Shown: positions 1 to 10,418, numbered from the stretch's first letter. The stretch: DNA of 64,000 nt from an uncultured Armatimonadetes bacterium (GCA_963717145.1 OY970325.1:1472001-1536000), one strand, 5' to 3'. Notes: generated from the letters alone by a model not told the origin. Program-made: numbers and translations.

Positions 1-1996
1 GACGAGCACGTTCCCGGGCGATGCGGTGAACGCCTTTCGAATCTCGCGGCCGGCCTCGGTCTTGATCGGGATGTTCTGCAGGTTCGGTTCACTGCTGGAG
101 AGCCGTCCGGTGGTCGTGACCGCCTGATTGAGCGAGGTGTGTATCCGCCCGGTCCGCGCGTTGACGAGCTTCGGCAGGGAGTCGGCATAGGTGGACTTGA
201 GCTTCGTCAGCTCGCGGTACTCCAGAATCTTCGCCACAATCTCGTGCATCGGCGCGAGGAATGCCAACGTGTCGGCGTCGGTGGAGTAGCCGGTCTTCGT
301 CTTCTTCGAAGCCTGCAGGCCGAGCTTGTCGAAGAGAACCGTCTGCAACTGCTTCGAGGAACCGATGTTGAACTCCATGCCCGCCAGGCAGAAGATGTCG
401 CTCTCCAAGTCCTTGATGCGCGCATCGAGCCGCTCGGAGAGAGCGTTCAGCCACTCACCGTCGACCGCGACGCCGGTCAGTTCCATATCGGCAAGGATCG
501 GCATCAGCGGCATCTCGATGTCGCAGAGAAGGCGCTCCTGATCGTCTTCCTTCAGTCGTTTCGCAAGCAGCGGCGCCACCCTTTGGATAACGTCCGCCTG
601 CGCGGTGAAGAGCTGCTGAACGGTCCACTCGCCGCCCGGGGTGACGATCTTGCCGGTCCGAGCATCGGGAGTCGGAAGCTCCAGGCCCAGGTGATCGAGC
701 GCAACATCCTCCAAGCGGTGGGATCCCCTCCCCGCGTTGAGGAGATAAGAGGCGAGCATGACGTCGAACTTCGGAGCGGCTAACGAGATGCCGAGCTTGC
801 CGAGGATCTCTTCCTCGTACTTCAGATTATGCCCGTACTTGCTGATCGTCACTGCCTCGAGAACCGGTCGCAGGTCCAGAGGGCTCAGACCCGACCTCGC
901 AAAGTCTATGTAGTAAGACTCCCCCTCACCTGTCGAGATCGCGACGCCGATCGGCTCTGCGTCCACGGGATGCCCGGGCGTACCGTTCATCCTGATCACG
1001 AAGCTGCCGACTTGGCGGATACGCTCCAGAAGCGCGTCGAGCCCCGCCCGATCCATGACCGACGTGAACCTGCTCGGCTCTTCGACCGTTCCGAACAGCG
1101 TCCCTTGGGGCGGGAGCACCGACTCGGCGGGCAACCTTTTCAGCAGCGTTTTGAACTCCGAGCCGCTTGAAGAGGTCGCGCAGCCGGTCGTAATCGGGTT
1201 TCCGATACTCACACCCCTTGAGATCGATCTCCACCGGGACATCGGTCACGATGGTTGCGAGATGCCTGGACTGCTCGGCCATCTCGGGCGCGGACTTGAT
1301 CGCCTTCTGAGCGCGGGAATCCGTGATCTCCTCGAGGTGCGCGAGGATGTTGTCGAGGCTGCCGTACTCCTGAATCAGCTTGACCGCGGACTTGTCGCCG
1401 ATGCCGGGAACGCCGGGGATGTTGTCGGAGGGGTCGCCCTTGAGCGCCTTGTAGTCGATCATCTGCGACGGCTTCAGGCCGTACCGTGCCACGACGGCCT
1501 GCTCGTCGTAAATCACGGTCTCGCTGACACCTTTGATCGTGGTGAGCACCTTGACGTGGTCGTCGACGAGTTGCAGGGTGTCGAGGTCGCCGGTGACGAT
1601 CAGGACGTCATACCCTTCTGCCTTCGCCTTGCAAGCGAGGGTCCCAACCAAATCATCGGCCTCGAAACCGGGGACCTCGAGGATCGGGATCGAGAAAGCG
1701 TCGACCACCTCACGGGCGAGCGGCCCCTGCGACCTCAGATCGTCCGGGGTCGGCTTCCGATGCGCTTTGTAGCCGTCGAACGCGTCGTGACGGAACGTCT
1801 TCGCTGGCGCATCGAATGCCACAAGCAGGACGTCCGGCTTTTCGTCCTGCACGAGCTTGAGGAGCATCATCGTGAAGCCGTAGACGGCGTTCGTCGGCTG
1901 ATTCTCGAGCGTCGAGAAGTGGGGCATGGCGAAGAATGCCCGGTAGAGCAGGCTGTTTCCGTCGATTAAGACTACTTTCGATCGGGTCTTGGTCAT
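1..1996 (-). CDS. polA: DNA polymerase I (runs off window start; one apparent +1 frameshift near 1160)
   Basis: 5'-3' exonuclease motifs LIDGNSLLYRAFFA, EADD, GDPSDNIPGVPGIG. Removing one G near 1160 restores LEFKTLLKRL and continues to the Klenow motif SSEPNLQNIPIKTEAGREIRKAF at the window start. Confidence 0.95.
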
Positions 1997-2094
1997 AGGT
2001 TTGGTTGGCCCCTCCTGACGAAGGGGGGACTGGGGGAGGTTCGCGCGCAGAAACCCTCGGTCCGTCGCCCATCGTAAGGGGGGCATCTACGTGC

Positions 2095-3045
2095 TCAGCG
2101 GATTCTGCCCGCTCTGTCATCGAGGAGCAGCCTTCGAGCAAGGTCCGTCAGGCCCGGCTCAGTCCCCTGCGACGAACTGCCGGTTGAGCCGAACAGAATG
2201 TCCATCAGGCCCTCCTGGTCATACTCCACCACATCATAATCGCCGGCGATCCCCGCGTCATCGGCCGCCGAACGGAGCGCGTCCTCGAGGCCGCCGATCT
2301 TGTCGATCAGTTTGAGCTTGAGCGCCTGCCTGCCTGTGAACACGCGCCCATCAGCGAGGCTCTTCACGTATGCCTTGTCGAGCTTGCGGCCCTTGGAAAC
2401 ATCCGTCAGGAACTGATCGTAGATGTCGAACAGCATCTCCTGGAGGAGCTTCTTCTCGTCCGGGCGCATCGGTCGGTTGGGGCTGCCGATGTCCTTGTAC
2501 TTGCCCGTGGTGAGCGCTCCCATGTCAACGCCGACCTTGTTCCACAGCCCCTGAAGGTTGGCGGTCTCCATGATGACGCCGATGCTCCCGGTCATCGTCG
2601 CGGGGTCGGCAAAGATTCGGTTCGAGGCGCATGATATATAGTAGGCCGCTGACGCCGCTACATCACCCATCGATACCGTAACGTGCTTTCCCCCGGCGCG
2701 CACCTTCTCGATCTCCTTGAAGATCTCCTGTGCGGCTGACGGGCTGCCTCCCGGGCTGTTGACGCGGATGACCACGGCCTTGACCGAGTCGTCCTTTCGC
2801 GCCCTCTCGAGCATCGACACGATTCTCTCCGAGCCCGAGACGCTGTCGCCGAAGACGCCCGCCGACCCTCTGCCGGCAGTCATTACGCCTTCAACGTGGA
2901 TCAAGGCGATCTTGTCGCCGCCGAATCCACCCTCGGACCCCAACCCCGCAAGACCGGCGAACAGCACCCCGACGATCGTGATGGAGAAGAGGACCAGCAG
3001 GATCGCGGCTATCACGATGATGAGTATGAGACGTCTGGATCGCAT
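2095..3045 (-). CDS. sppA: Signal peptide peptidase SppA (36K type, S49)
   Basis: N-terminal TM; RVNSPGGS, AASAAYYI, TGSIGV, GKYKD, DGRVFTGRQA motifs. Confidence 0.92.
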   Translation of the reverse strand: MRSRRLILIIVIAAILLVLFSITIVGVLFAGLAGLGSEGGFGGDKIALIHVEGVMTAGRGSAGVFGDSVSGSERIVSMLERARKDDSVKAVVIRVNSPGGSPSAAQEIFKEIEKVRAGGKHVTVSMGDVAASAAYYISCASNRIFADPATMTGSIGVIMETANLQGLWNKVGVDMGALTTGKYKDIGSPNRPMRPDEKKLLQEMLFDIYDQFLTDVSKGRKLDKAYVKSLADGRVFTGRQALKLKLIDKIGGLEDALRSAADDAGIAGDYDVVEYDQEGLMDILFGSTGSSSQGTEPGLTDLARRLLLDDRAGRIR

Positions 3046-3064
3046 GGGCGGCTAACCTCCTGCG

Positions 3065-3123
3065 GGGAGGGCGAGGCTCCGTCCGAGCCACGGCGACCGG
3101 CTCGGACGGAGCCTCGCCCTCCC
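3065..3123. repeat. REP-like palindrome GGGAGGGCGAGGCTCCGTCCGAGCC...GGCTCGGACGGAGCCTCGCCCTCCC
   Basis: Perfect 25-bp inverted arms between sppA start and tRNA promoter. Confidence 0.8.
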
Positions 3124-3130
3124 GATCATA

Positions 3131-3159
3131 TTGACAGATAGGGCCGGACCGATTACAAT
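3131..3159 (+). promoter_or_regulatory. Sigma70-type promoter of tRNA-Leu
   Basis: TTGACA-N17-TACAAT about 10 nt upstream of the tRNA. Confidence 0.8.
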
Positions 3160-3168
3160 ATCATCAGC

Positions 3169-3254
3169 GCCGGAGTGGCGGAATGGTAGACGCGCTGGTC
3201 TCAAACACCCGTGGGGGCAACCCCGTGTCGGTTCGAGTCCGACCTCCGGCACCA
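3169..3254 (+). tRNA. tRNA-Leu(CAA)
   Basis: GCCGGAG/CTCCGGC acceptor stem, D-loop GGAATGGTAGA, anticodon loop CT-CAA-AC, long variable arm, GGTTCGAGTCC T-arm, encoded CCA. One mismatch in the anticodon stem. Confidence 0.93.
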
Positions 3255-3256
3255 TA

Positions 3257-3342
3257 GGGAAATGGTTTATGGTTGATGGTTGATGGTCAATGGGAGACCG
3301 ATCCGCCATCAACCATTAACCATGAACCATCAACCATTCCCC
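3257..3342. repeat. Hairpin built from tandem heptamers (ATGGTTG)n/(CAACCAT)n
   Basis: Heptamer arrays in inverted orientation between convergent tRNA and panD; same unit at 7059-7149 and 41966-41996. Confidence 0.8.
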
Positions 3343-3693
3343 TCACACATACCGCAGAAACTTGTTCTCATCGTCCACGAGGATCCACTTCGCGGCGATC
3401 TCCTCGTCAGTCAGGACAAATGCGACGATGATGACCTTGTCGCCACATTCAGCGAGGTGCGCGGCGGCGCCGTTAACGCAGATCACCCCCGACCGCTTCT
3501 CGCCGGGCAGCGCATAGGTCTCGAACCGGCTGCCGTTCGACACATTCCAGACGTGGACAAGCTCGCCCTTGACGATCCCCGCTCGGTCCATCAGGTCGGA
3601 GTCGATGGTGATGCTCCCGATATAGTCCAGCTCGCACTGGGTCACGGTGGCCCTGTGTATTTTGCTCTTGCAGATATTCAGTAACTGAGTCAT
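3343..3693 (-). CDS. panD: Aspartate 1-decarboxylase
   Basis: KSKIHRATVT, YIG|SITID autocleavage site, NGSRFETY, NGAAAH. Confidence 0.95.
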   Translation of the reverse strand: MTQLLNICKSKIHRATVTQCELDYIGSITIDSDLMDRAGIVKGELVHVWNVSNGSRFETYALPGEKRSGVICVNGAAAHLAECGDKVIIVAFVLTDEEIAAKWILVDDENKFLRYV

Positions 3694-3765
3694 GGATCCG
3701 CTCTCTCCCGATGTTTTTCCGGCGGTATTATACCATTTTCGTTTGTCCGGCAACAACACCCAGCG

Positions 3766-3866
3766 GGGAAACCTCCCGCAACCGTAGGGGCGATCCTTCA
3801 ACGGTCGCCCGGGTCGGTGCCGGGCGACCGTTGAAGGATCGCCCCTACGGTTGCGGGAGGTTTCCC
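3766..3866. repeat. GTAG-type REP pair (REPIN-like), perfect 47-bp inverted arms
   Basis: GTAGGGGCGATCCTTCAACGGTCGCCCG and its exact reverse complement with a 7-nt loop. Confidence 0.85.
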
Positions 3867-3934
3867 GTTAGATTGCCGTCTTGCCCTCGATGGCTTATTC
3901 ACCGATAATAGTGATAGTCGGTGAACCACTGGGC

Positions 3935-4005
3935 GTAGGGGCGAAGCATTGGCCACTGGATACGCGAACTCTCACGATCTTCCGTCGCCAATGCTTCTCT
4001 CCTAC
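3935..4005. repeat. GTAG-type REP pair, second variant
   Basis: GTAGGGGCGAAGCATTGG...CCAATGCTTCTCTCCTAC. Confidence 0.6.
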
Positions 4006-4046
4006 AGCCGACCCCATACATTCAGCCGATCACGGAGGAATCCCAC

Positions 4047-7000
4047 GTGGACATTCGCGTGCTCATCTTCAAGGAAGAAGACTTCCCATTCATCGATACC
4101 ACTTCAGTCGATACTCAGGAGATCGTGGACGCGCTCCCACCGGTCCAGGAGGTTCGCTCTGTCGGAGTTGCCGGCCTGAGGGAGCGGCTCCGTGCCGACT
4201 CGATCGATCTTTTCATAAACCCTTACGGCTCGGCATTCCCAAAGGATGCCTGGCCGGAGATACACGAGTACCTCGCCGGAGGTGGAAACCTGCTCAACCT
4301 CGGCGGCGCGCCGTTCAGCGTCCCGGTCCGACGTGACGGAAAGGACTGGCATCAGGAGATCCGTCAGACGCAGAATCACCGCGAGCTTGGGATCAACCAG
4401 GCGTACCCGGTCGAGACATCCGGCATCAAGCGGTATGACACCACGAGCACCGAGCCGCTGCTCTCGGGGTTGATCGAGGATTTCTCCTGCGACAAGGTGT
4501 TCGAACTGCAGGTGAGGTTCACCAGCGCAAACGATCATCCGAACGAGTTCGGCAGTTCGGGCGCACGGGAAGCGATCCTCCGTCCGCTGCTCTACGCGTA
4601 TGACTCCGATGGCCGACGACTTGCCGCACCGATCATCGCGATCGACCGCGTGCTCGGCCGGTTCGCCGGCGGACGATGGGTGCTCGCCAACTTCGAGTCC
4701 AAGGCGCTTCCGAGGAAAGAGGCGATAGGACGGCTGGCGGCATATGCGGCTCTCGGGGCGACCGACATGCAGATCAGGCCATCGTTCGCATCCTACAAGC
4801 CTGACGAGCGCGCCAGTCTGATCCTGCACGTCAATCGCCTGGGGACATCCGGTGATGGGCCGCTCAACTTGTTCTTGACGATCCGCAAGGAGAAGTCGAC
4901 TGTCAAGACCGAGAGCATCGATATCAGCGATTTCGCGTCTCCATACTACCTCGACATCCCGGTCACTCAGCCGCTGACTCCCGGCCTCTACTCGATCGAA
5001 GCCAGGCTCTCGACCGGCAACCCGCAACTGACTGACAAGTACGCCGACTACGCTTCCACCGGCTTCTGGTGCTATGACAAAGCGCTCGTCGGGATGACGC
5101 AGCCGCTCTCCGCAGGCAAGGACTACTTCCAACGCGAGAGCAAGCCGGTTGCCCTGATCGGCACGACTTACATGGCGTCGGATGTCCACCGTAAGTTCCT
5201 TTTCGAACCGAATCCCGCGGCGTGGGACCGTGACTTCGAGGAGATGCGGGCTGAAGGCATCAACATCGTCCGAACCGGCATCTGGACAGGGTTCCGGCAG
5301 ATCATGCTCGATCCCGGCGCTCCGAGCGAGGGGATAATGCGCGCGTTCGAGGCGTTCATGTTGACCGCCGCCCAGCACGATATGCCGGTGATCTTCACGT
5401 TCTTCGCATTCGCGCCGGAGATGTGGGAGGGCGCCAATATCTACCTCGATCCGAGGTGTCTCCAGGCGCAGAAGGAGTTCATCGCGGCCTTCAGCCGCAG
5501 GTTCGCCAAGTTCAACAACCTGATCTGGGACCTGATCAATGAGCCGTGCACCAAGCGTCCGAACCGGGACGCATTCGAGGAGGCCGCCTGGCGCGAGTGG
5601 ATCTCCGAGCGACACAATCTCGAAGAGAAGTGGAAGATGACCCCCCGGACCAGCAAGGCGCTCCCGGAACCGCAGGACTTCGATGATGCACAGATCTTCG
5701 AGAATGCGCATCCGGTCCGCAAGCTGGACTACATGCTCTTCTCGCAGGACGTCTTCAACCGCTGGGTCCGGGAAATGACCGCCGTCATCCGCCAGAACGG
5801 CAACCTGAAGCAGCTCATCACCGTCGGCCAGGAAGAGGGCGGGACCGGCGAGAGCCCGAATCCGCAGTTCCACTGGAAGGAGGTCGATTTCACCTGCAAC
5901 CATACCTGGTGGCTGATGGACGACCTGCTCTGGGACGGCCTCGTGACCAAGACGCCGGAGAAGCCGAACCTGATCGAAGAGACCGGTATCATGTTCGTCG
6001 AAAACCTCGACCGCTCCCACCGGCGCACGGAGATCGACTGCCGGAACCTGCTCGAGCGCAAGTTCGTGATGGCGTTTGCATCCGGCGGCGCAGGGGTCAT
6101 TCAGTGGATCTGGAACACGAACATCTTCATGGCCAGCGACAACGAGGTGGCGTGCGGCTTCCACCGGGCCGACCTGACCCGCAAGCCGCAACTGGAGTTC
6201 GTCAAGCCGATGTCGGCGTTCCTCAAGGAGGCCCGCTCGCACTTCATCGACCGCCGGCCGGAGGACGTATGCATGGTGATCCCCCACTCCGCCATGTTCT
6301 CCGTGCGCGACCCGGCGACTCCGGCCACAAAGGTCTGCACGCGCCTGATGAGCTACGATCTCGGCATCCCGATACGCGCGGTCGGGGAGTATACGCTGGA
6401 GAACCTCGGCAAGCCCAAACTGATCGTGCTTCCGTCGCCCAGGGTGTTGAGCCAAAGCGCGTGGGAGACGCTTCTGTGGGCGGTCGATGCAGGCTCGACG
6501 CTGCTCGTGACCGGGCCGATCGACTGGGATGAGTACTGGCGTCCGGTGGATCGGCTGGGGCAGTTCGAGATCGAAGCGGCCACCAGGCCGGTCACCCGCG
6601 AGGAGGAGGCAATCATCTTCGGCAGCGAGTATCGGGTGAGCTTCGGCGGCGACAAGATCGCACGGGTCGATAAGGCGGTCCTCGGAGGGCTCGGCGGCAC
6701 GGTTCGGACGGAGCAGATCGGCGCGGGGAAGCTTGTCTACTCGGCGCTCCCGGTCGAGCTGGCGGACAACATCGAGCCGGCGATCGCACTATACCAGTTT
6801 GCGCTGAAGCAGGCGGTGCTTCAGTCGCCATTCAGCATCGAGAAGCCCGAGCCCGGTGTGCTGATCCGGCCGCTGTTCTTCAAAGATGCGATCCTTTACT
6901 CGCTCGTCTCAGAGACCGACGTGGACAAGGAGCTTTCGTTCACCGACAACGCGACCGGCAAGGCACTCAAGGTGACGGTCCCCGCCCAGCGCGCGGTGAT

Positions 7001-7061
7001 GTTCCTCCTCGGCAGGGATGGGAAGGTCCTGGCGGAGTACGGGGGAGGTATGCATAGCTGA
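4047..7061 (+). CDS. Large clan GH-A glycoside hydrolase (GH5/GH42-like) with GATase-like trimerisation domains
   Basis: GINIVRTGIW, WDLINEP acid/base motif, LIEETG candidate nucleophile, C-terminal KLIVLPS...GSTLLVTG. Confidence 0.7.
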   Translation: MDIRVLIFKEEDFPFIDTTSVDTQEIVDALPPVQEVRSVGVAGLRERLRADSIDLFINPYGSAFPKDAWPEIHEYLAGGGNLLNLGGAPFSVPVRRDGKDWHQEIRQTQNHRELGINQAYPVETSGIKRYDTTSTEPLLSGLIEDFSCDKVFELQVRFTSANDHPNEFGSSGAREAILRPLLYAYDSDGRRLAAPIIAIDRVLGRFAGGRWVLANFESKALPRKEAIGRLAAYAALGATDMQIRPSFASYKPDERASLILHVNRLGTSGDGPLNLFLTIRKEKSTVKTESIDISDFASPYYLDIPVTQPLTPGLYSIEARLSTGNPQLTDKYADYASTGFWCYDKALVGMTQPLSAGKDYFQRESKPVALIGTTYMASDVHRKFLFEPNPAAWDRDFEEMRAEGINIVRTGIWTGFRQIMLDPGAPSEGIMRAFEAFMLTAAQHDMPVIFTFFAFAPEMWEGANIYLDPRCLQAQKEFIAAFSRRFAKFNNLIWDLINEPCTKRPNRDAFEEAAWREWISERHNLEEKWKMTPRTSKALPEPQDFDDAQIFENAHPVRKLDYMLFSQDVFNRWVREMTAVIRQNGNLKQLITVGQEEGGTGESPNPQFHWKEVDFTCNHTWWLMDDLLWDGLVTKTPEKPNLIEETGIMFVENLDRSHRRTEIDCRNLLERKFVMAFASGGAGVIQWIWNTNIFMASDNEVACGFHRADLTRKPQLEFVKPMSAFLKEARSHFIDRRPEDVCMVIPHSAMFSVRDPATPATKVCTRLMSYDLGIPIRAVGEYTLENLGKPKLIVLPSPRVLSQSAWETLLWAVDAGSTLLVTGPIDWDEYWRPVDRLGQFEIEAATRPVTREEEAIIFGSEYRVSFGGDKIARVDKAVLGGLGGTVRTEQIGAGKLVYSALPVELADNIEPAIALYQFALKQAVLQSPFSIEKPEPGVLIRPLFFKDAILYSLVSETDVDKELSFTDNATGKALKVTVPAQRAVMFLLGRDGKVLAEYGGGMHS

Positions 7062-7149
7062 TGGTTGATGGTTGATGGTTCATGGTTAATGCGGGATGCG
7101 GACCGCTTCTCCCCATCCGCCATCAACCATGAACCATCAACCATTCCCC
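7059..7149. repeat. Heptamer-built hairpin (GATGGTT)n/(AACCATC)n between convergent genes
   Basis: Same unit as 3257-3342. Confidence 0.8.
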
Positions 7150-7150
7150 A

Positions 7151-8131
7151 TTACTTATCCGTCGCCCAGGGATACTTGAACCCGTGGACCCAGGCGTGCG
7201 TATGAAGGCGCTCGACCTCCTCGGGCGTCATCTCGACCTTGTCGGAAACCGCAATGTTCTCATCGACATGTCCCGCGCTCCTCATGCCGGGGATCACCGT
7301 CGAAACCGCCGGGTGCGCGAGGGTGAACTTCAGCGCCGCCTGAGCCATCGTGCGACGGTCGTTCTCAACCCAACGGAGCGCCTCGACGTGCTCCCACGCC
7401 TCCTCGAGTCGCCCATCCCCGAGCCATCGAGCGCGCCAATCGCCCTCAGCGAACTGATAGCCCGGACCGATCTTGCCGGTCAGGAGGCCCTCCTCGAACG
7501 GGACGCGGACGATGATGCCGACGTTGTGCTCGATCGCCGCCGGGAAGAGCTGCTCGGCCGGACGCTGCTCGAAGATGCTGTAGATCACCTGGACGCTGTC
7601 TATGAGGTCGGATTTCACCAGCTCGACTCCGCCATACGGGTCCCAGTCGTTCACGCTGACGCCGAAGAAGCGGATCTTCCCTTGCTCCTTGAGTTTCACG
7701 AGCGCTTCGTACCACTGCATGTCCTCGTTGAAGGCGTCGCTCCAGACGTGAAGCTGGGTCAGGTCCAGGCAGTCGGTTTCGAGGTTGCGAAGGCTTCGCT
7801 CGGTCATCTCGATGATCCAGTCCTTCGGGAAGACCTCGCTCACCGGGACGCCCGGGATCGGCGGCCACTTGTAGTTCTTCGGCGGGACCTTCGAGGCAAC
7901 CATGCATCGCTCTCCACGCTCCTTGAACGCGCGGGCGATCAACTTCTCGCTGTGACCGTCACCGTAGCACGCCGCGGTATCTATGAAGTTGAGGCCCTGA
8001 TCCATCGCGCGCTGGATCGCCGCGACGGCATCGTCGTCCTCCTTCGAGCCCCAGTCGCCGCCGATGCCCCATGCGCCGAACCCGACCTCCGATATCATCA
8101 TTCCCGTCCGTCCCAGGCTTCTGTACTTCAT
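7151..8131 (-). CDS. Aldo/keto reductase
   Basis: MKYRSLGRTG, FIDTAACYGDGHSE, SLRNLETDCLDLTQLH, VSTVIPG. Confidence 0.92.
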   Translation of the reverse strand: MKYRSLGRTGMMISEVGFGAWGIGGDWGSKEDDDAVAAIQRAMDQGLNFIDTAACYGDGHSEKLIARAFKERGERCMVASKVPPKNYKWPPIPGVPVSEVFPKDWIIEMTERSLRNLETDCLDLTQLHVWSDAFNEDMQWYEALVKLKEQGKIRFFGVSVNDWDPYGGVELVKSDLIDSVQVIYSIFEQRPAEQLFPAAIEHNVGIIVRVPFEEGLLTGKIGPGYQFAEGDWRARWLGDGRLEEAWEHVEALRWVENDRRTMAQAALKFTLAHPAVSTVIPGMRSAGHVDENIAVSDKVEMTPEEVERLHTHAWVHGFKYPWATDK

Positions 8132-8258
8132 CTCACCCTCCGATTGGTTCGTTGCCTCACTATACCACAGGGAGGAGAGAACACGGAAGCACGGAAGGAG
8201 AGGAAGACACAGAAGGAGATTTGTCGTAATTCACGGAAGACTTGAGGGAGGAAGCGGA

Positions 8259-9323
8259 ATGAAGGGGATTCGGATGTCCACTGTGAAATCCTATGCTCAA
8301 GCTGTCCTCGGTAAGCTGATCGAGCGCATCGGCATTCGGTCGGTCGCGTTCGAGGCGACACAGGAGTGCAACCAGGACTGCGTCTTCTGTTACAACGTCT
8401 GGAAGGCCGGCGCGTATCCGCATGGGCAAATGGATGCCGCCCGGTCGAAGGATCTTCTCGATCGCATCATCCGGGGATACCGCCCGCAGGTTCTCAGCTT
8501 CACCGGCGGAGAGCCGCTGCTTCGACCGGATATCGTCGAGCTGGTCCGACACGTCTCCCGGCGAGTCAGCACCAACCTCATCACCAATGGCACGCTCATG
8601 ACCGACGACTTGGCGAGGGAACTCGTTCAAGCGAAGGTGCGCACCTTCGAGTTCACGCTCCTCTCTGCTGATCGCGAGGTCCACAACTCGCTTGTCGGGC
8701 GCAAGTCGTTCGATGAGGTGATCGATGGGATAGCTTCAGTCCGCGCAGCGGGAGGCAATGTGGCCACCACCTTCGTCGCGATGAAGCAGAACATCGGTTC
8801 GTGGCAGGAAACCCTCCAACTGAACGCGGCGCTCGGCGTCTCGGGGATACTCTTCAACCGGTTCAACGTCGGCGGTTCGGGCATCGAGTGCGCGGACGAG
8901 TTGATGCCGTCGGTCGATCAGTTGAACGAGGCGCTCAGGCTCGCCGACGAGGGCGCAGAACGATTCGGAATCAGCATCTCGTGCGGAGTGCCGATTCCGC
9001 CGTGCGTGGTTGATTGGGATCGTTACCCGAACGTTCACTTCAGCCACTGCCCGGTCGGGACTCGCAAGGCATACCCAACGGTCGATCCGCTTGGGAATGT
9101 CCGTCCGTGCAACCACTCGCCCACGCTGCTCGGCAACCTATTCGACTCTGATATGCGGACGATCCTCCGCTCCCATGCCGCGGCCGGGTATGCATCCGGC
9201 ACGCCGGATGAGTGCCTCGACTGCGAACATGCGCCCGTCTGCCGTGGAGGATGCCGCGCGGCATCCGAAGTCTGTGGGGATGCGTGCGGCATCGATCCGT
9301 TCGTGGAGCTCTGCGGAGGATAA
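8259..9323 (+). CDS. Radical SAM protein with SPASM domain
   Basis: CNQDCVFC (CX3CX2C), FTGGEPLLR, ITNG; SPASM HCPVG...GNVRPC...CLDCEHAPVCRGGC...C. Confidence 0.92.
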   Translation: MKGIRMSTVKSYAQAVLGKLIERIGIRSVAFEATQECNQDCVFCYNVWKAGAYPHGQMDAARSKDLLDRIIRGYRPQVLSFTGGEPLLRPDIVELVRHVSRRVSTNLITNGTLMTDDLARELVQAKVRTFEFTLLSADREVHNSLVGRKSFDEVIDGIASVRAAGGNVATTFVAMKQNIGSWQETLQLNAALGVSGILFNRFNVGGSGIECADELMPSVDQLNEALRLADEGAERFGISISCGVPIPPCVVDWDRYPNVHFSHCPVGTRKAYPTVDPLGNVRPCNHSPTLLGNLFDSDMRTILRSHAAAGYASGTPDECLDCEHAPVCRGGCRAASEVCGDACGIDPFVELCGG

Positions 9324-9329
9324 CACGCC

Positions 9330-9575
9330 GTGAAGATCACTCGAGACACCGTAATCAAATGGATTCTTGGCCTGACCTTTCTCGCGATAGCAGCGGCACA
9401 AGGATGGCGGATGTGGCAGGAACTTCGTGAGAACTGCAGGATGTGCTACCTGCCGACCAATGAGCTACCGAAGCAGTCGATGGATCACTCGTCCTTGACC
9501 CGTAAGTACCATGACCTCGGGGTGATGAGCGACTCGGCGTTTGAGAAGATCTCGGAGATTCGGCATGGGGCGTAG
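9330..9575 (+). CDS. Small membrane protein with CY motif and SHOCT-like C-terminus
   Basis: One TM helix; C-terminus homologous to the next two ORFs; 6 nt after rSAM stop. Confidence 0.65.
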   Translation: MKITRDTVIKWILGLTFLAIAAAQGWRMWQELRENCRMCYLPTNELPKQSMDHSSLTRKYHDLGVMSDSAFEKISEIRHGA

Positions 9576-9620
9576 CTTTTCGGGCCGCTGAACCGTTGTG
9601 GTATGTGGGGGTAATAGACG

Positions 9621-10418
9621 ATGAGGAACCTGCACTTCGCGTATGTCGTCATAGCCGTTCTGCTGTTCGGGGCCGGGCTGTTCAAGGTCAAGGTCTGGGA
9701 ACGTTCACTGGGACTCCGACCGACGGAGTTCAGGCTAGAGATGTCGGAGAAGCACTTGTCGACGATCTCCGACCTGCTCCATGTATATCGAGTACGCACC
9801 GGCCGATACCCAACGAATGATGAGGGACTCCTTGCGGTGCCGGAGTTGGCGGCTCTCGTCGGCAGTTCAGGGGAGGTTCGTTCCCGGGACTATCGCTGGA
9901 GAATGAATGACGCCGGGATACTTTCTCCGTGGGGTGAGCCCTACATCTACGAGAATGAAACGCACGAGTCAGGGAACGCCATGTGGTTGGTGCGGGTGAA
10001 CGATGATGTCTGCGTCTGGTCACTGGCGGCAAAGAAGGCATACAGCCATTACTCGACGTGGTCATCCTGGCTGGGGCGAGCCAGGATTGCCCTTATGCTC
10101 GCAGCCATCCTCTTCTTCGCTGCTTTCATCCGAGGCGCCGTTCGAGCAGGCGCATCATCACCTGCCAGCAAGCTTCCCCGAACAGCCCTCCATCTACTCG
10201 GGGGCATTGGGCTCGGCGCGGTCGTGGCATTGTTTCTCCCCGTATTGATGGGTGTCACGACGTGCTACGTCACGAACTACGGGAACCGGTCTCGCACGCC
10301 GAAACTGACCAGGGAGTACATGGCCTTGATGACGGAGTACCGCGGGCGCGGCATCATCGGCGACTCGGCGTTCGAGAAGATCGAGGCGGCGATGAAGAAG
10401 AGCAGCGGCGAGGACTGA
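9621..10418 (+). CDS. Membrane protein with GspG/pseudopilin-like domain and CY-SHOCT-like tail
   Basis: YRVRTGRYPTNDEGL...SPWGEPYIY resembles the GspG core; about 3 TM helices; paralogous to the next ORF. Confidence 0.75.
   Translation: MRNLHFAYVVIAVLLFGAGLFKVKVWERSLGLRPTEFRLEMSEKHLSTISDLLHVYRVRTGRYPTNDEGLLAVPELAALVGSSGEVRSRDYRWRMNDAGILSPWGEPYIYENETHESGNAMWLVRVNDDVCVWSLAAKKAYSHYSTWSSWLGRARIALMLAAILFFAAFIRGAVRAGASSPASKLPRTALHLLGGIGLGAVVALFLPVLMGVTTCYVTNYGNRSRTPKLTREYMALMTEYRGRGIIGDSAFEKIEAAMKKSSGED

Noticed and set aside
1150-1170. Frameshift in polA as pseudogene or programmed frameshift
   Set aside because: A single doubled base with intact coding on both sides and no slippery site; the same error pattern occurs elsewhere, so a sequencing artefact is more likely.
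3169-3342. tRNA-Leu as an integration site of a genomic island
   Set aside because: No site-specific integrase nearby and no duplicated tRNA 3' end seen in the window.
4104-6455. Long antisense ORFs (e.g. 4104-6455, 19917-21233, 31888-33204, 55780-57285, 58616-60070)
   Set aside because: Shadow frames of GC-rich genes, with no recognisable motifs.
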